Source of the DNA: Candidatus Bipolaricaulota bacterium
GTDB lineage: Bacteria > Bipolaricaulota > Bipolaricaulia > M55B111
Reading direction: 5' to 3'
NCBI GenBank assembly: GCA_018400715.1
Contig: JAGYME010000003.1
Location: forward strand, 8,996-72,995
DNA: 64,000 nt
Below are positions 9,959 to 18,606 of this stretch, piece by piece. The position numbers were made by a program, and so were the translations under genes. The notes beneath the pieces were generated by a model that worked only from the letters and a program-made list of their open reading frames with translations, was not told the DNA's origin and searched no databases. How positions within the stretch are numbered: the first letter of the stretch is position 1; each line of letters starts with the position of its first letter.

Positions 9959-10477
9959 ATGAAGAAATTTCTGGTCCCAACAACTTTTGTCCTGGTCCCT
10001 TTGATCTTGCTCGGGAGCTTTTCTCTCCGTGCTGCTGCCGATGATGAAAACCTGACGCCGTTCGTAAATGGATTGGCCTCGTTTATCCTGCCGGGGGCGG
10101 GCCAGCTGCTGAACGACGAGGGCGACAAAGCGATTCAACATTTCCTGGTAATTCTCGGCATTGATGCCGCCAACCTCTTACTGGCCAGAACTCCGTACGT
10201 TGGTTACTATACCATCTATCCGCTCAGCATAGCACATCTGGCATGGTCCGCTTACAGCGGGTACGACGCTTATCAGGTTGCCGAGCGGCGGGGGAGAAAT
10301 ATTTTCGGGTCCAGTCTCGAAGGTTTTGGAAAAGCTCCGGTATCCCCCGGTAAAGAAGATCTGTGGACTGCTGAGGGCGACGTCAACTCATCTCGGTTAC
10401 TACAGGGCCACTCCGAGAACGGCCCGGGGCTGAGTCTGGCTCCAGACAGGTCATCTGGCCTCCTGCGTGAACCGTAG
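9959..10477 (+). CDS. Hypothetical secreted/membrane protein
   Basis: GGGAGG sits 6 nt upstream of the ATG. Signal-like N-terminus MKKFLVPTTFVLVPLILLGSFSLRAAA, an ILPGAGQLLN motif, and two hydrophobic segments. I recognise no family with confidence. Confidence 0.5.
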   Translation: MKKFLVPTTFVLVPLILLGSFSLRAAADDENLTPFVNGLASFILPGAGQLLNDEGDKAIQHFLVILGIDAANLLLARTPYVGYYTIYPLSIAHLAWSAYSGYDAYQVAERRGRNIFGSSLEGFGKAPVSPGKEDLWTAEGDVNSSRLLQGHSENGPGLSLAPDRSSGLLREP

Positions 10478-10501
10478 GGTTCGACCCGGGGCCGCTTTGA
10501 C

Positions 10502-11206
10502 TTAACCGCCGAGGTATAACTTTCCCACCTCTTCGTTCTTCAACAGGTCCCTGCTGTTGCCGGTGAACCTGTTTTCACCCATAGCCAAGACGTAACCCCT
10601 GTTAGAAAGTTTCAGAGCCTCTCTTGCGTTCTGTTCTACGATCAGTATCGCCACTCCGGTCTCGTTGACCTCCTTGATCTTGTCGAGGATCATCTTTGCC
10701 AGGTTGGGTGCGAGACCGGCAGTTGGTTCATCCAGCAGGAGTATCTTCGGGTCGAGGGTCAATGCTGCCCCCATTGCGACCATTTGCTGCTGACCACCCG
10801 AGAGGTTGCCCACCACCTGTTTCTGCTTCTCAAGGAGGGCGGGAAATATCCCGTATACCCTCTCCAGTTCCTCAGAGTAGTCGTCCTTTCTGATAAAAGC
10901 ACCCATGTCCAGGTTCTCCTCGACGGTGAGGCTGGGAAAAATGTTCTTCTCCTGAGGGACGTAACAAAGCCCTTTTCTAACGATCTTGTGGGGTGGAATA
11001 TCGACGATACTTTCGGCCTGAAAATCCACCCTGCCTTCCCAGACGTCCACCATCCCGAAGATCGTTTTCATTAGTGTCGACTTGCCCGAGCCATTTGGTC
11101 CAATAATTGAGACCATCTCTTCCTCGTCGACGTAGACGGAGACTTCGTGCAGGATCTCGACCTTGCCGTAACCGGATACAATGTCTTCTGCAGATAGCAA
11201 AGTCAT
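10502..11206 (-). CDS. livF: Branched-chain amino acid ABC transporter ATP-binding protein (LivF-like)
   Basis: ORF 10502..11230. The preferred ATG at 11206 lies 1 nt after the livG stop. Walker A GPNGSGKST, signature LSGGQQQM, Walker B LLLDEP. Confidence 0.85.
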   Translation of the reverse strand: MTLLSAEDIVSGYGKVEILHEVSVYVDEEEMVSIIGPNGSGKSTLMKTIFGMVDVWEGRVDFQAESIVDIPPHKIVRKGLCYVPQEKNIFPSLTVEENLDMGAFIRKDDYSEELERVYGIFPALLEKQKQVVGNLSGGQQQMVAMGAALTLDPKILLLDEPTAGLAPNLAKMILDKIKEVNETGVAILIVEQNAREALKLSNRGYVLAMGENRFTGNSRDLLKNEEVGKLYLGG

Positions 11207-11207
11207 A

Positions 11208-11969
11208 TTAACCCCCCAGATACGCGTCAAGGACCTTGCGATTTTCCTGAATTTCCCTGGCAGTTCCCTGGGCGAGAACTTTGCCTTCGTTCATGACTAT
11301 TATCGGGTCACAGAGTTTCATTACCAGGTCCATGTCGTGTTCGATGAGAAAGAAAGTTACCCCCTCGTCCGTCCGTAACCTCTCGATGTAGCCGTTTAAT
11401 TTTTTCATGAGGGTGGGGTTAACTCCTGCACCCGGTTCGTCGAGGAGAATTATCTCTGGGTCCGTCATCATCGTTCTCCCGAATTCCAGCAACTTCTTCT
11501 GCCCTCCAGACAGGTTGCTTGCGTACTCGTCTTTGAGATCGGGAATCTCCAGGAACTCGAGAACCTGTAACGCTTTTTCCCTTATCTTTCTCTCCTGACG
11601 CTTGACGGATGGTATTCTAAACCAGGAGTTAAATAGCGTCTCTCCCATCTGGTCCAGCGGAGCGACCATTAAGTTATCGATAACCGTCATCTTGCTCAGT
11701 TCTCTGGTTATCTGAAAGGTTCTAGCCAGCCTCAGGTGTGGTACCCTGTGGGCAGGTAGTTGATCGATCCGAGACCCGGAGAGAACTATCTTCCCTCCGT
11801 CCGGAGAGAAAAATCCACTGATCAGGTTGAAGACTGTCGTCTTTCCCGCGCCGTTGGGCCCGATCAGGCCCGTTATTGTGTTGCGCTCGACCTCGAACGT
11901 ACAACCGTTCACCGCCCTGATCCCCCCAAAGGATTTTTGTAGGCCTATTACTTCTAACATCTTACTCAC
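11208..11969 (-). CDS. livG: Branched-chain amino acid ABC transporter ATP-binding protein (LivG-like)
   Basis: GPNGAGKTT, LSGGQKKLLEFGR, ILLDEPGAGVNP. Confidence 0.85.
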   Translation of the reverse strand: MSKMLEVIGLQKSFGGIRAVNGCTFEVERNTITGLIGPNGAGKTTVFNLISGFFSPDGGKIVLSGSRIDQLPAHRVPHLRLARTFQITRELSKMTVIDNLMVAPLDQMGETLFNSWFRIPSVKRQERKIREKALQVLEFLEIPDLKDEYASNLSGGQKKLLEFGRTMMTDPEIILLDEPGAGVNPTLMKKLNGYIERLRTDEGVTFFLIEHDMDLVMKLCDPIIVMNEGKVLAQGTAREIQENRKVLDAYLGG

Positions 11970-12894
11970 CCAGAATATCCGATGCAGTCTTCTTCTCGCC
12001 GAGAATACCTTCCGGCTTGACCATTACCACTAACACGAGCAACAGACCGATGACCGCCAACCGGATTGCCCCAATTTGTATGCCTCTCGGGAGAACATCG
12101 CTTAAGAACATCATCCCTTCCCAGAGGCCCCTAACCGCAAGTGCGCCGAGCAGAACACCAATATTATTTCCACTCCCTCCGGCCATTACCATTACCCAGA
12201 CGAGAAACGTCTCCATCGGTAAGAAGTGATTTGGCGTGATAAAGTTGAAGAAATGACCGAAGACGGCGCCAGCAAGACCAAAGATCATGGAACCCAGAAC
12301 CAGGACCTGTAACTTGAATGAGTTTACGTTCTTACCGAACGCGATAGCTACTCTTTCATCTTCCCTGAGCGTCCTCAGCGCTCGTCCCCACGGTGAACGT
12401 ACGGCTCTCTCCATGGCAACGTAGAGTATCGCGAGCACCAACAGGGCTATTCCTAAGTAGAGCAGGCTGTAATAGGAGGCGGGCACTAGGTCCTTATACG
12501 GTTTTATTACCCCCATCCCATAAGGTCCCTTGGTGATGTTCTTTTCGGTGACTATTATGAGGCGGACTATCTCCGCAAAGCCAATTGTGACGATGGCCAA
12601 ATAGTCCTCTCGGAGCCGGATGACTGGAAACCCCAGTATTAACGCAAATATTCCTGAAACCCCCATGGCTATGAGAAGCCCGACTGGAAACGGCAGTCCA
12701 AACCCACCGAGGTGGTACGGACTCGGGGTTCCGGTCATGAAGGCTGCAATATATGCTCCTACGGCAAAGAAACCGGCCACTCCAAAATTCACTAGACCGG
12801 TAAATCCCCACTGTATGTTCAAGCCTAACGCAAGAATCCCGTAAACTACGGCGTACGTGAGAAAAAATACCAGAAAACCTACTGCGCCACTCAT
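11962..12894 (-). CDS. livM: Branched-chain amino acid ABC transporter permease (LivM-like)
   Basis: 310 aa polytopic membrane protein. It overlaps livG by 8 nt and livH by 4 nt. Confidence 0.85.
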   Translation of the reverse strand: MSGAVGFLVFFLTYAVVYGILALGLNIQWGFTGLVNFGVAGFFAVGAYIAAFMTGTPSPYHLGGFGLPFPVGLLIAMGVSGIFALILGFPVIRLREDYLAIVTIGFAEIVRLIIVTEKNITKGPYGMGVIKPYKDLVPASYYSLLYLGIALLVLAILYVAMERAVRSPWGRALRTLREDERVAIAFGKNVNSFKLQVLVLGSMIFGLAGAVFGHFFNFITPNHFLPMETFLVWVMVMAGGSGNNIGVLLGALAVRGLWEGMMFLSDVLPRGIQIGAIRLAVIGLLLVLVVMVKPEGILGEKKTASDILGE

Positions 12895-13754
12895 CCTTGA
12901 CCACCTCTTCCAAACAGACCTGACGGCTTAATCAGCAGCGTGATAGTCATGATAACGAATGCAACTGCCGGCTTGTACGTCGGAGTAATGAACCCGGCTG
13001 AAACCTCCTGGGATATTCCAATGATCATCCCTCCTGCGAGGGCACCGTAGGGGTTCCCCACCCCGCCCAGGATGACGGCGGCGAACAATGGTAGGAGTAA
13101 TTTCCATCCCATTATAGGTACGAGTCTGGTGTCGAGCGCGAGGAAGAAACCCGCAAAGCCTGCGGATATTGAGGCAATGACCCAGGTCCAGGTGATTACC
13201 CTCTCGGTATCTATCCCCCTGACCCTGGCGAGGTCGATGTTGTCCGCGGTCGCGCGCATTGCCTTGCCTATCTTCGTCTGGTCAAGAAATACGTGCAGCA
13301 AAATCATGAGAGCGAACGCAGCGGAAATGATCACCAGCTGATTGGGAGTTATCCGGACGTTAAACGGGAAGACGATTGCCCGTCTTATCGGTAGGTCGTA
13401 CCTCATTACGTCACTGCCCCAGAGCAGGCGGACGCTGCTCCGCAGGAAGAGCTCAAGCCCGATTCCCACGACCATCATTCCGAACGGCCCCGTACCCCTC
13501 TCCCTCAGGTTCTTGAACGTGATCTTATCTATAAGTATTGCCAACAATGACAGAAGGGGGAGGCTGATCAGCACGGAGGGGAGTAACGGCAAACCGACGT
13601 CGTTAAACAGTGTCATGGTTAGATAGGCGCCATAAACCAACATCGCCGCGTATCCAAAGTAGAAAAAGTGTAAAATTCGCGATACCAGGGTGAGCCCCAC
13701 GGCCCCAATAGAGATAATTGCGCCCATGAGAATCCCATTTACGATTAGTTGCAT
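12891..13754 (-). CDS. livH: Branched-chain amino acid ABC transporter permease (LivH-like)
   Basis: 287 aa polytopic membrane protein, first permease gene of the liv-type operon. Confidence 0.85.
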   Translation of the reverse strand: MQLIVNGILMGAIISIGAVGLTLVSRILHFFYFGYAAMLVYGAYLTMTLFNDVGLPLLPSVLISLPLLSLLAILIDKITFKNLRERGTGPFGMMVVGIGLELFLRSSVRLLWGSDVMRYDLPIRRAIVFPFNVRITPNQLVIISAAFALMILLHVFLDQTKIGKAMRATADNIDLARVRGIDTERVITWTWVIASISAGFAGFFLALDTRLVPIMGWKLLLPLFAAVILGGVGNPYGALAGGMIIGISQEVSAGFITPTYKPAVAFVIMTITLLIKPSGLFGRGGQG

Positions 13755-13848
13755 CTAATCACATCCATTTTGCGCCCGATAACGAATTGAAAAACTAAGA
13801 AGGAAGCTGTCGCGTGGACAGCTTCCTTCTCTCTTGCGTGCCGTCTTT

Positions 13849-15159
13849 CTATTCTCCTCCCCACCTCTCCTCGTATTCTTTCATTATTCCGTGTTCGTGG
13901 AGGAAATCGAGAATATCGGACGCCGCGATCTTCTGTTCTTCGACGAACTCCCCGTCCTTTACCCTCCAGATCATGAAGTCATTTACGACGTCGCCGGTTT
14001 CGGTGAAGTCAACGGGTCCGGAGATACCCTCGTAATTTATCTCCTCCCCGGCTTCTAGTAGTTCCTTTCCGCGCTCAAAGGCGTCTGGATAGGAAACGAC
14101 TTCGCCTGGTGGGTTGGTAACGGCCCTTAGGTTGTCACGGATCATCTCCGCTTTTTCCACGCGGGTGGCGTCAAGGTAGTCCGGCCCAGCTTTCTGTATT
14201 GCCAGCGCGATTGCCATGGTTGCGTCGTATGCGTGCCTGGTCCAAACCCCTACACGTCTATCGTACGTGTTTTCGTAGTTTTCCGCGAACTGTTTTCGAT
14301 ACTCGGTTGTCGGGGTGTGCATGTCGATCACCGGGAAACCGTTGTATATATCTCCCAGGGCGTCGATCATTCCCACGGTCCGACCTTCCGGAGCTTCGAA
14401 CCAGACGTTTGGATAACCTAGTTCGTACCATTGTTTTAACGCCACGATATCGTCCTTGGCGTAAGCAGCGTTCATGACTACGTCGGGATCATCGCCAAAG
14501 GCTTTCCGCAGTTCAGTGCGATAGGAAGATTTGTTTTTCAGAATCGAGACCTGGTGGAGTATTTCGCCGCCTGCCTTGGAGAACGCGTCGGCAAAGGCGT
14601 TGGAAAGCCCAAGGCCGTAAGGGTTGTCCACGACAAAGGTCGACGCCGACTCAAGCCCCTGGTTAAGTGCCCACATAGCCATAGCGCCACCGCAGTAAAT
14701 GTCGGGTGGTGCCGTTCGGGAAACGAACCCATCGTCGTCCAGGTAGGTGATCCTGGGGGAAGTTGAACCCGTGGCTATCTGTACGGTCTTGTTCGGTATG
14801 GTTACCTCAGAAATGGCAATGGAGACTCCGCTTGAGCATGCCCCTATGATTGCAGGTACGCCTGAGACCCCGATTAGCTTATGAGCTGCTGAGGCTCCGG
14901 CGGCTGGCTTGGTCTGTGAGTCTTGCCTGACGAGCATGACCTGTTTGCCCAGCGGGCCGCCCGCATCGTTTATGTCTTTAACTGCCATGTCAATTGCGTT
15001 TTGCTGGCTAACGCCCATGGCTGCGAGACTTCCGGTTAAAGGTTCAATTGAACCGAGTTTAACGTATTTGTCTTCGGCCTGAGCCGGCCCAAATGACAGG
15101 CTAAAGATTAACCCCAAAACGAGAATTACTCCAAATGCAAGGGTGCTTCGGGTGCGCAT
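13849..15159 (-). CDS. ABC transporter substrate-binding protein (Leu/Ile/Val-binding, PBP type 1 family)
   Basis: 436 aa. Signal peptide ...FSLSFGPAQA, a type-1 periplasmic binding fold pattern, and first position in the liv-type operon. Confidence 0.8.
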   Translation of the reverse strand: MRTRSTLAFGVILVLGLIFSLSFGPAQAEDKYVKLGSIEPLTGSLAAMGVSQQNAIDMAVKDINDAGGPLGKQVMLVRQDSQTKPAAGASAAHKLIGVSGVPAIIGACSSGVSIAISEVTIPNKTVQIATGSTSPRITYLDDDGFVSRTAPPDIYCGGAMAMWALNQGLESASTFVVDNPYGLGLSNAFADAFSKAGGEILHQVSILKNKSSYRTELRKAFGDDPDVVMNAAYAKDDIVALKQWYELGYPNVWFEAPEGRTVGMIDALGDIYNGFPVIDMHTPTTEYRKQFAENYENTYDRRVGVWTRHAYDATMAIALAIQKAGPDYLDATRVEKAEMIRDNLRAVTNPPGEVVSYPDAFERGKELLEAGEEINYEGISGPVDFTETGDVVNDFMIWRVKDGEFVEEQKIAASDILDFLHEHGIMKEYEERWGGE

Positions 15160-15453
15160 TTTTACCTCCTATTTAATAATTGAGACTTGGTCCTTGACCA
15201 ACGGTTTGCTGTTCTTATCACCCCCAGAAGCGTACGGTTTGTTGAATATTATATACTATATATCTAAATGTATTAATGTCTTCAGGGTATAAATATAATA
15301 AGTCGGCCCAAAAAGCTTTGCAAACAGGGAGTGGTATGAGCGCAAACGTCCCTGAATAACCGAACGACGTGACATTCTTAAGGTCTTAGATTATAGTTAC
15401 CCGGTCGAACCGGAAGTTAATCACCAAAACAACCTTATTAGGAGGTTTATCGA

Positions 15454-16449
15454 ATGGATGTCCCCGTAATTCAGTACGGTTTCGGTGAAATAGGAAGAGA
15501 AATTGCCCGACTGGTGTCCCGCCGGCCGGGATATGAGCTCGTCGAGGTCGTTGACGTGGATAAAAGTATGGTGGGGATGAGGGTGCAGGACCTGCTGGAT
15601 GGGATCAAAAACCCCGACCTAAATGTCAAGAAAAAACTCTCAACGGCCGGTGCGGGCGGTGCGACCCTCGGATTTCAATCCACGGGGTCACGCCTTGAGG
15701 GGGTCTTTTCCCAGTTGCAGGAGTTGATAGAGGCGGGTGTAAACGTCGTCTCCACCTCCGAAGAACTTGCCTATCCTTACTTGAAACACAGGGAACTGGC
15801 TGATGAAATTGACGATCTCGCGGTGGAGAACGGTGTAACCGTACTTGGCACAGGAATAAACCCGGGCTTCAGCATGGATCTGTTGCCGCTAATTGCTACG
15901 GGAGTGTCACGAAAACTGGACTCGGTCGAGGTCCTCAGGGTCCAGGACGCCGCAACCAGGCGGGAACCCCTTCAGAGGAAGATAGGTACCGGCCTCTCCG
16001 AGGAGAGTTTCGACGAAAAAGTGAGACGGGGTGGGGGCCACGTAGGGCTGGGGGAATCGCTGGCCCTACTCGGAAGCGGCCTCGGATGGAGAATTGAGGA
16101 GGTTGAGGAGTCAATTGACCCCGTCATAGCTACGGAAAGGTTAACGACTGAGTACTTTGACGTTGACCCGGGCGAGGTCGCCGGAATCGACCAGGTAGTT
16201 CGGGGCTTTGTCGGTGGCGAGGAGAGGGTAAAACTTACGTTGCAGATGTACCTGGGGGCGGAAGCTCCGATAGATCTTATATCAGTAATAGGTGTCCCTA
16301 ATTTGCGGGTGGAAGTACCGGGTGGAATCCATGGGGATGTCGCCACACCAGCGGTCGTGGTAAACTCGGCGAGGACCGTTCTCGAATCCGATCCCGGCCT
16401 GATTACCCCGGTCGACCTGACGCCGTTTATCGGAAACTTTGAAAGGTGA
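15454..16449 (+). CDS. DapB-like NAD(P)-dependent amine dehydrogenase family protein (2,4-diaminopentanoate dehydrogenase-like)
   Basis: AGGAGG RBS. N-terminal Rossmann motif GFGEIGREIARLV, GTGINPGF, and a DapB-like length and layout. Confidence 0.65.
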   Translation: MDVPVIQYGFGEIGREIARLVSRRPGYELVEVVDVDKSMVGMRVQDLLDGIKNPDLNVKKKLSTAGAGGATLGFQSTGSRLEGVFSQLQELIEAGVNVVSTSEELAYPYLKHRELADEIDDLAVENGVTVLGTGINPGFSMDLLPLIATGVSRKLDSVEVLRVQDAATRREPLQRKIGTGLSEESFDEKVRRGGGHVGLGESLALLGSGLGWRIEEVEESIDPVIATERLTTEYFDVDPGEVAGIDQVVRGFVGGEERVKLTLQMYLGAEAPIDLISVIGVPNLRVEVPGGIHGDVATPAVVVNSARTVLESDPGLITPVDLTPFIGNFER

Positions 16450-16469
16450 GGAGGGGTACGCTGTTTTGC

Positions 16470-17804
16470 CTAGTTTAATTCCTCGTCGATTACCTCACCG
16501 AGGCTATCCGCGATGGTTGACGCCCTATCTTCGGAACTTGCTTCGACCATGACCCTGATGAGTTCCTGGGTCCCCGAAGGCCTGACGAGGACCCTCCCGT
16601 CCTCTCCCAGACGCGAGTCCCATTCCTCGATTTTCTCCTGAAGGTACCCGTTGCCGGAGAACTTCGACTTGTTGTTCGTGGGAACGTTGTTCAGCACCTG
16701 GGGGTAGCGGTTCATCTCGTTCGACAGTTCAGATAACTTGGCCTCGGTCTCCTTCATTACCTGGAGTATTTGTAGTGCTGTTACCAGACCGTCACCAGTT
16801 GTGTTTACCTCTGAAAAGATGACGTGGCCCGATTGTTCTCCCCCGATTAGGGCATTATTCGTTTCCATCTCTTGAGCAACGTGCTTGTCGCCCACCTGAG
16901 TACGGAGGAGGTTAATCCCGTTATCCCTCAGCGCCCGCTCCAGGCCCATGTTGCTCATAACTGTGGACACGACAATTGGTGGGTTCAAGCGGTCCTGATC
17001 CCGAAACCAGCTGGCGGTGATGAATAGTATTCTGTCCCCATCGACCGTCCTACCGTTTTCGTCGAGTAGCAGGGTACGGTCACCGTCCCCGTCAAACGCT
17101 ATCCCTAGATCAAGGCCTCCCTCGCTAACCAGTTCCCTCAAGCGGCCGAGCGAGGTAGAGCCACAGTTCTCGTTAATGTTCTTCCCGTCCGGTTCCACCC
17201 CAATAGACGTTACTTCGGCTCCGAGTTGGGAGAGGAGTCGGGGGGCGACCTCGTAGGTTGCACCGTGGGCGCAGTCGAGGCCGATCTTCATTCCGGCGAG
17301 GTCTGGTAGGTCGCTGGTAAATCTATTCTGCAATAACTTGACGTAGGTCTCACCTGAGTCCTCGACTTTGTGAATATCTCCGATTTGCTTCCAGGAGACG
17401 GACTCCAACCCGTCCAGACCGTGGACTGCTTCTTCGATCGCGTGCTCGCTCGAAGGGGAAAACTTAAACCCGCTCGAGTTGAAGAACTTTATCCCGTTGT
17501 CCTTGGCGTAATTGTGCGAGGCCGATATCATAATCCCCACCTTCGCGGAGTATTCCTCCATCAAGATAGGTATTGCTGGAGTGGGAATGACTCCAAGGAT
17601 GAGGGCATTTCTTCCCACCGCTGAAATCCCGGAGGCCAGGCTGTAACTGAGCATCGATCCTGAATTTCTCGTGTCCATGCCAATAAGGACCGTATCGTCC
17701 ATTTCGGTGAAAAGTTGGAGTGCCTTCCCTAGCTTTATCGCAAGGTCAGGGGTTAGTGCTTCGTTTGCCACGCCCCTAATTCCATCTGTTCCAAATAGTG
17801 GCAA
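16470..17804 (-). CDS. glmM: Phosphoglucosamine mutase
   Basis: TTG start with AAGGAGG 5 nt upstream. LFGTDGIRG, the phosphoserine loop SASHNYAKDNGIKFF, DGDGDR, GGEQSGH. Confidence 0.92.
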   Translation of the reverse strand: MPLFGTDGIRGVANEALTPDLAIKLGKALQLFTEMDDTVLIGMDTRNSGSMLSYSLASGISAVGRNALILGVIPTPAIPILMEEYSAKVGIMISASHNYAKDNGIKFFNSSGFKFSPSSEHAIEEAVHGLDGLESVSWKQIGDIHKVEDSGETYVKLLQNRFTSDLPDLAGMKIGLDCAHGATYEVAPRLLSQLGAEVTSIGVEPDGKNINENCGSTSLGRLRELVSEGGLDLGIAFDGDGDRTLLLDENGRTVDGDRILFITASWFRDQDRLNPPIVVSTVMSNMGLERALRDNGINLLRTQVGDKHVAQEMETNNALIGGEQSGHVIFSEVNTTGDGLVTALQILQVMKETEAKLSELSNEMNRYPQVLNNVPTNNKSKFSGNGYLQEKIEEWDSRLGEDGRVLVRPSGTQELIRVMVEASSEDRASTIADSLGEVIDEELN

Positions 17805-17825
17805 GGTTACCTCCTTGGTGATCGA

Positions 17826-18512
17826 CTACTGACTTCTTCTCTCTACTATCTCTCTCTCCTGTCTGAGCTTGATGAACCTGTTGGGTGGGTAATAACCCCG
17901 TAACGATAGGTTGGAACTGGCCAGGGTGTTCTTCCCTATGAGGGTTCCGGGGTTGATCACGGTGTTACAGCCTACTTCGGCCCTGTCGCCGAGAAGACAG
18001 CCAAGCTTTCTCATTCCTGTATCTACGTCGTCCTCTCTGAGGTGGACTATTATCGACTCCCGGTTTACCTTCAAGTTTGAGACCTTGACTCCAGCCCCGA
18101 GGTGCCCCCTCCACCCGATTACGGAGTCGCCAACGTATGAAAAATGAGGGATCTCGGCGTCGTTGTGAATGATCGAATTTTTAATCTCCGTGCTGTTACC
18201 GATCGTCACGTCGTTACCGATTAAGGAGTTCTCTCTAATGTAAGCCCCGCTGCGGATCGTGCAGTTCTCGCCGATTATGGCTGGCCCTTTGACGTTGGCA
18301 CAGGGTTCGACTACTGTGCCACTCCCTATATAGACTTCCGAACCCACGCTCGCCATAGAGGAAACTTCTCCCAGAACCTCCGGATTCAATTGCTCCGATA
18401 TTAGTCCCTCTATCCCGGTTATTGCCTCCCACGGATATTGCAACCCTTTGTAGAGCTGCGCGTAGTCGGTCTTGCTTAGGTCGAAAAACCTCTCTGCCTC
18501 TGGAACGCTCAT
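17826..18512 (-). CDS. Left-handed beta-helix (hexapeptide repeat) acyltransferase, GlmU C-terminal-domain-like, stand-alone
   Basis: 228 aa with serial hexapeptide repeats (IGSGTVVEP, IGENCTIRSGAYI, IGNDVTIGNSTEI, VGDSVIGWRGHLGAGV), located directly downstream of glmM. Confidence 0.7.
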   Translation of the reverse strand: MSVPEAERFFDLSKTDYAQLYKGLQYPWEAITGIEGLISEQLNPEVLGEVSSMASVGSEVYIGSGTVVEPCANVKGPAIIGENCTIRSGAYIRENSLIGNDVTIGNSTEIKNSIIHNDAEIPHFSYVGDSVIGWRGHLGAGVKVSNLKVNRESIIVHLREDDVDTGMRKLGCLLGDRAEVGCNTVINPGTLIGKNTLASSNLSLRGYYPPNRFIKLRQEREIVERRSQ

Positions 18513-18535
18513 CTATATCGGTCCATAATTTTGGT

Positions 18536-18569
18536 TAGTTCGAAAAGCCTTACTTTTATTCGAACTAAG
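18536..18569. other. 10-bp inverted repeat between the TPR-like gene and the LbH acyltransferase gene
   Basis: TTAGTTCGAA (18536-18545) and TTCGAACTAA (18560-18569) with a 14-nt spacer. No U-tract on the coding (minus) strand. Confidence 0.3.
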
Positions 18570-18606
18570 GTTATCATCTACCCGCCTGGTCTGCAAATAC
18601 CCGCGG

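Noticed and set aside
9847-10044. A 65-aa ORF with GAGGAGG upstream in the trmO / 172-aa-gene intergenic region.
   Set aside because: The SD-like string abuts the ATG with zero spacing. The ORF overlaps the better-supported 172-aa gene, which has its own GGGAGG-6nt-ATG, in another frame. No recognisable motif.
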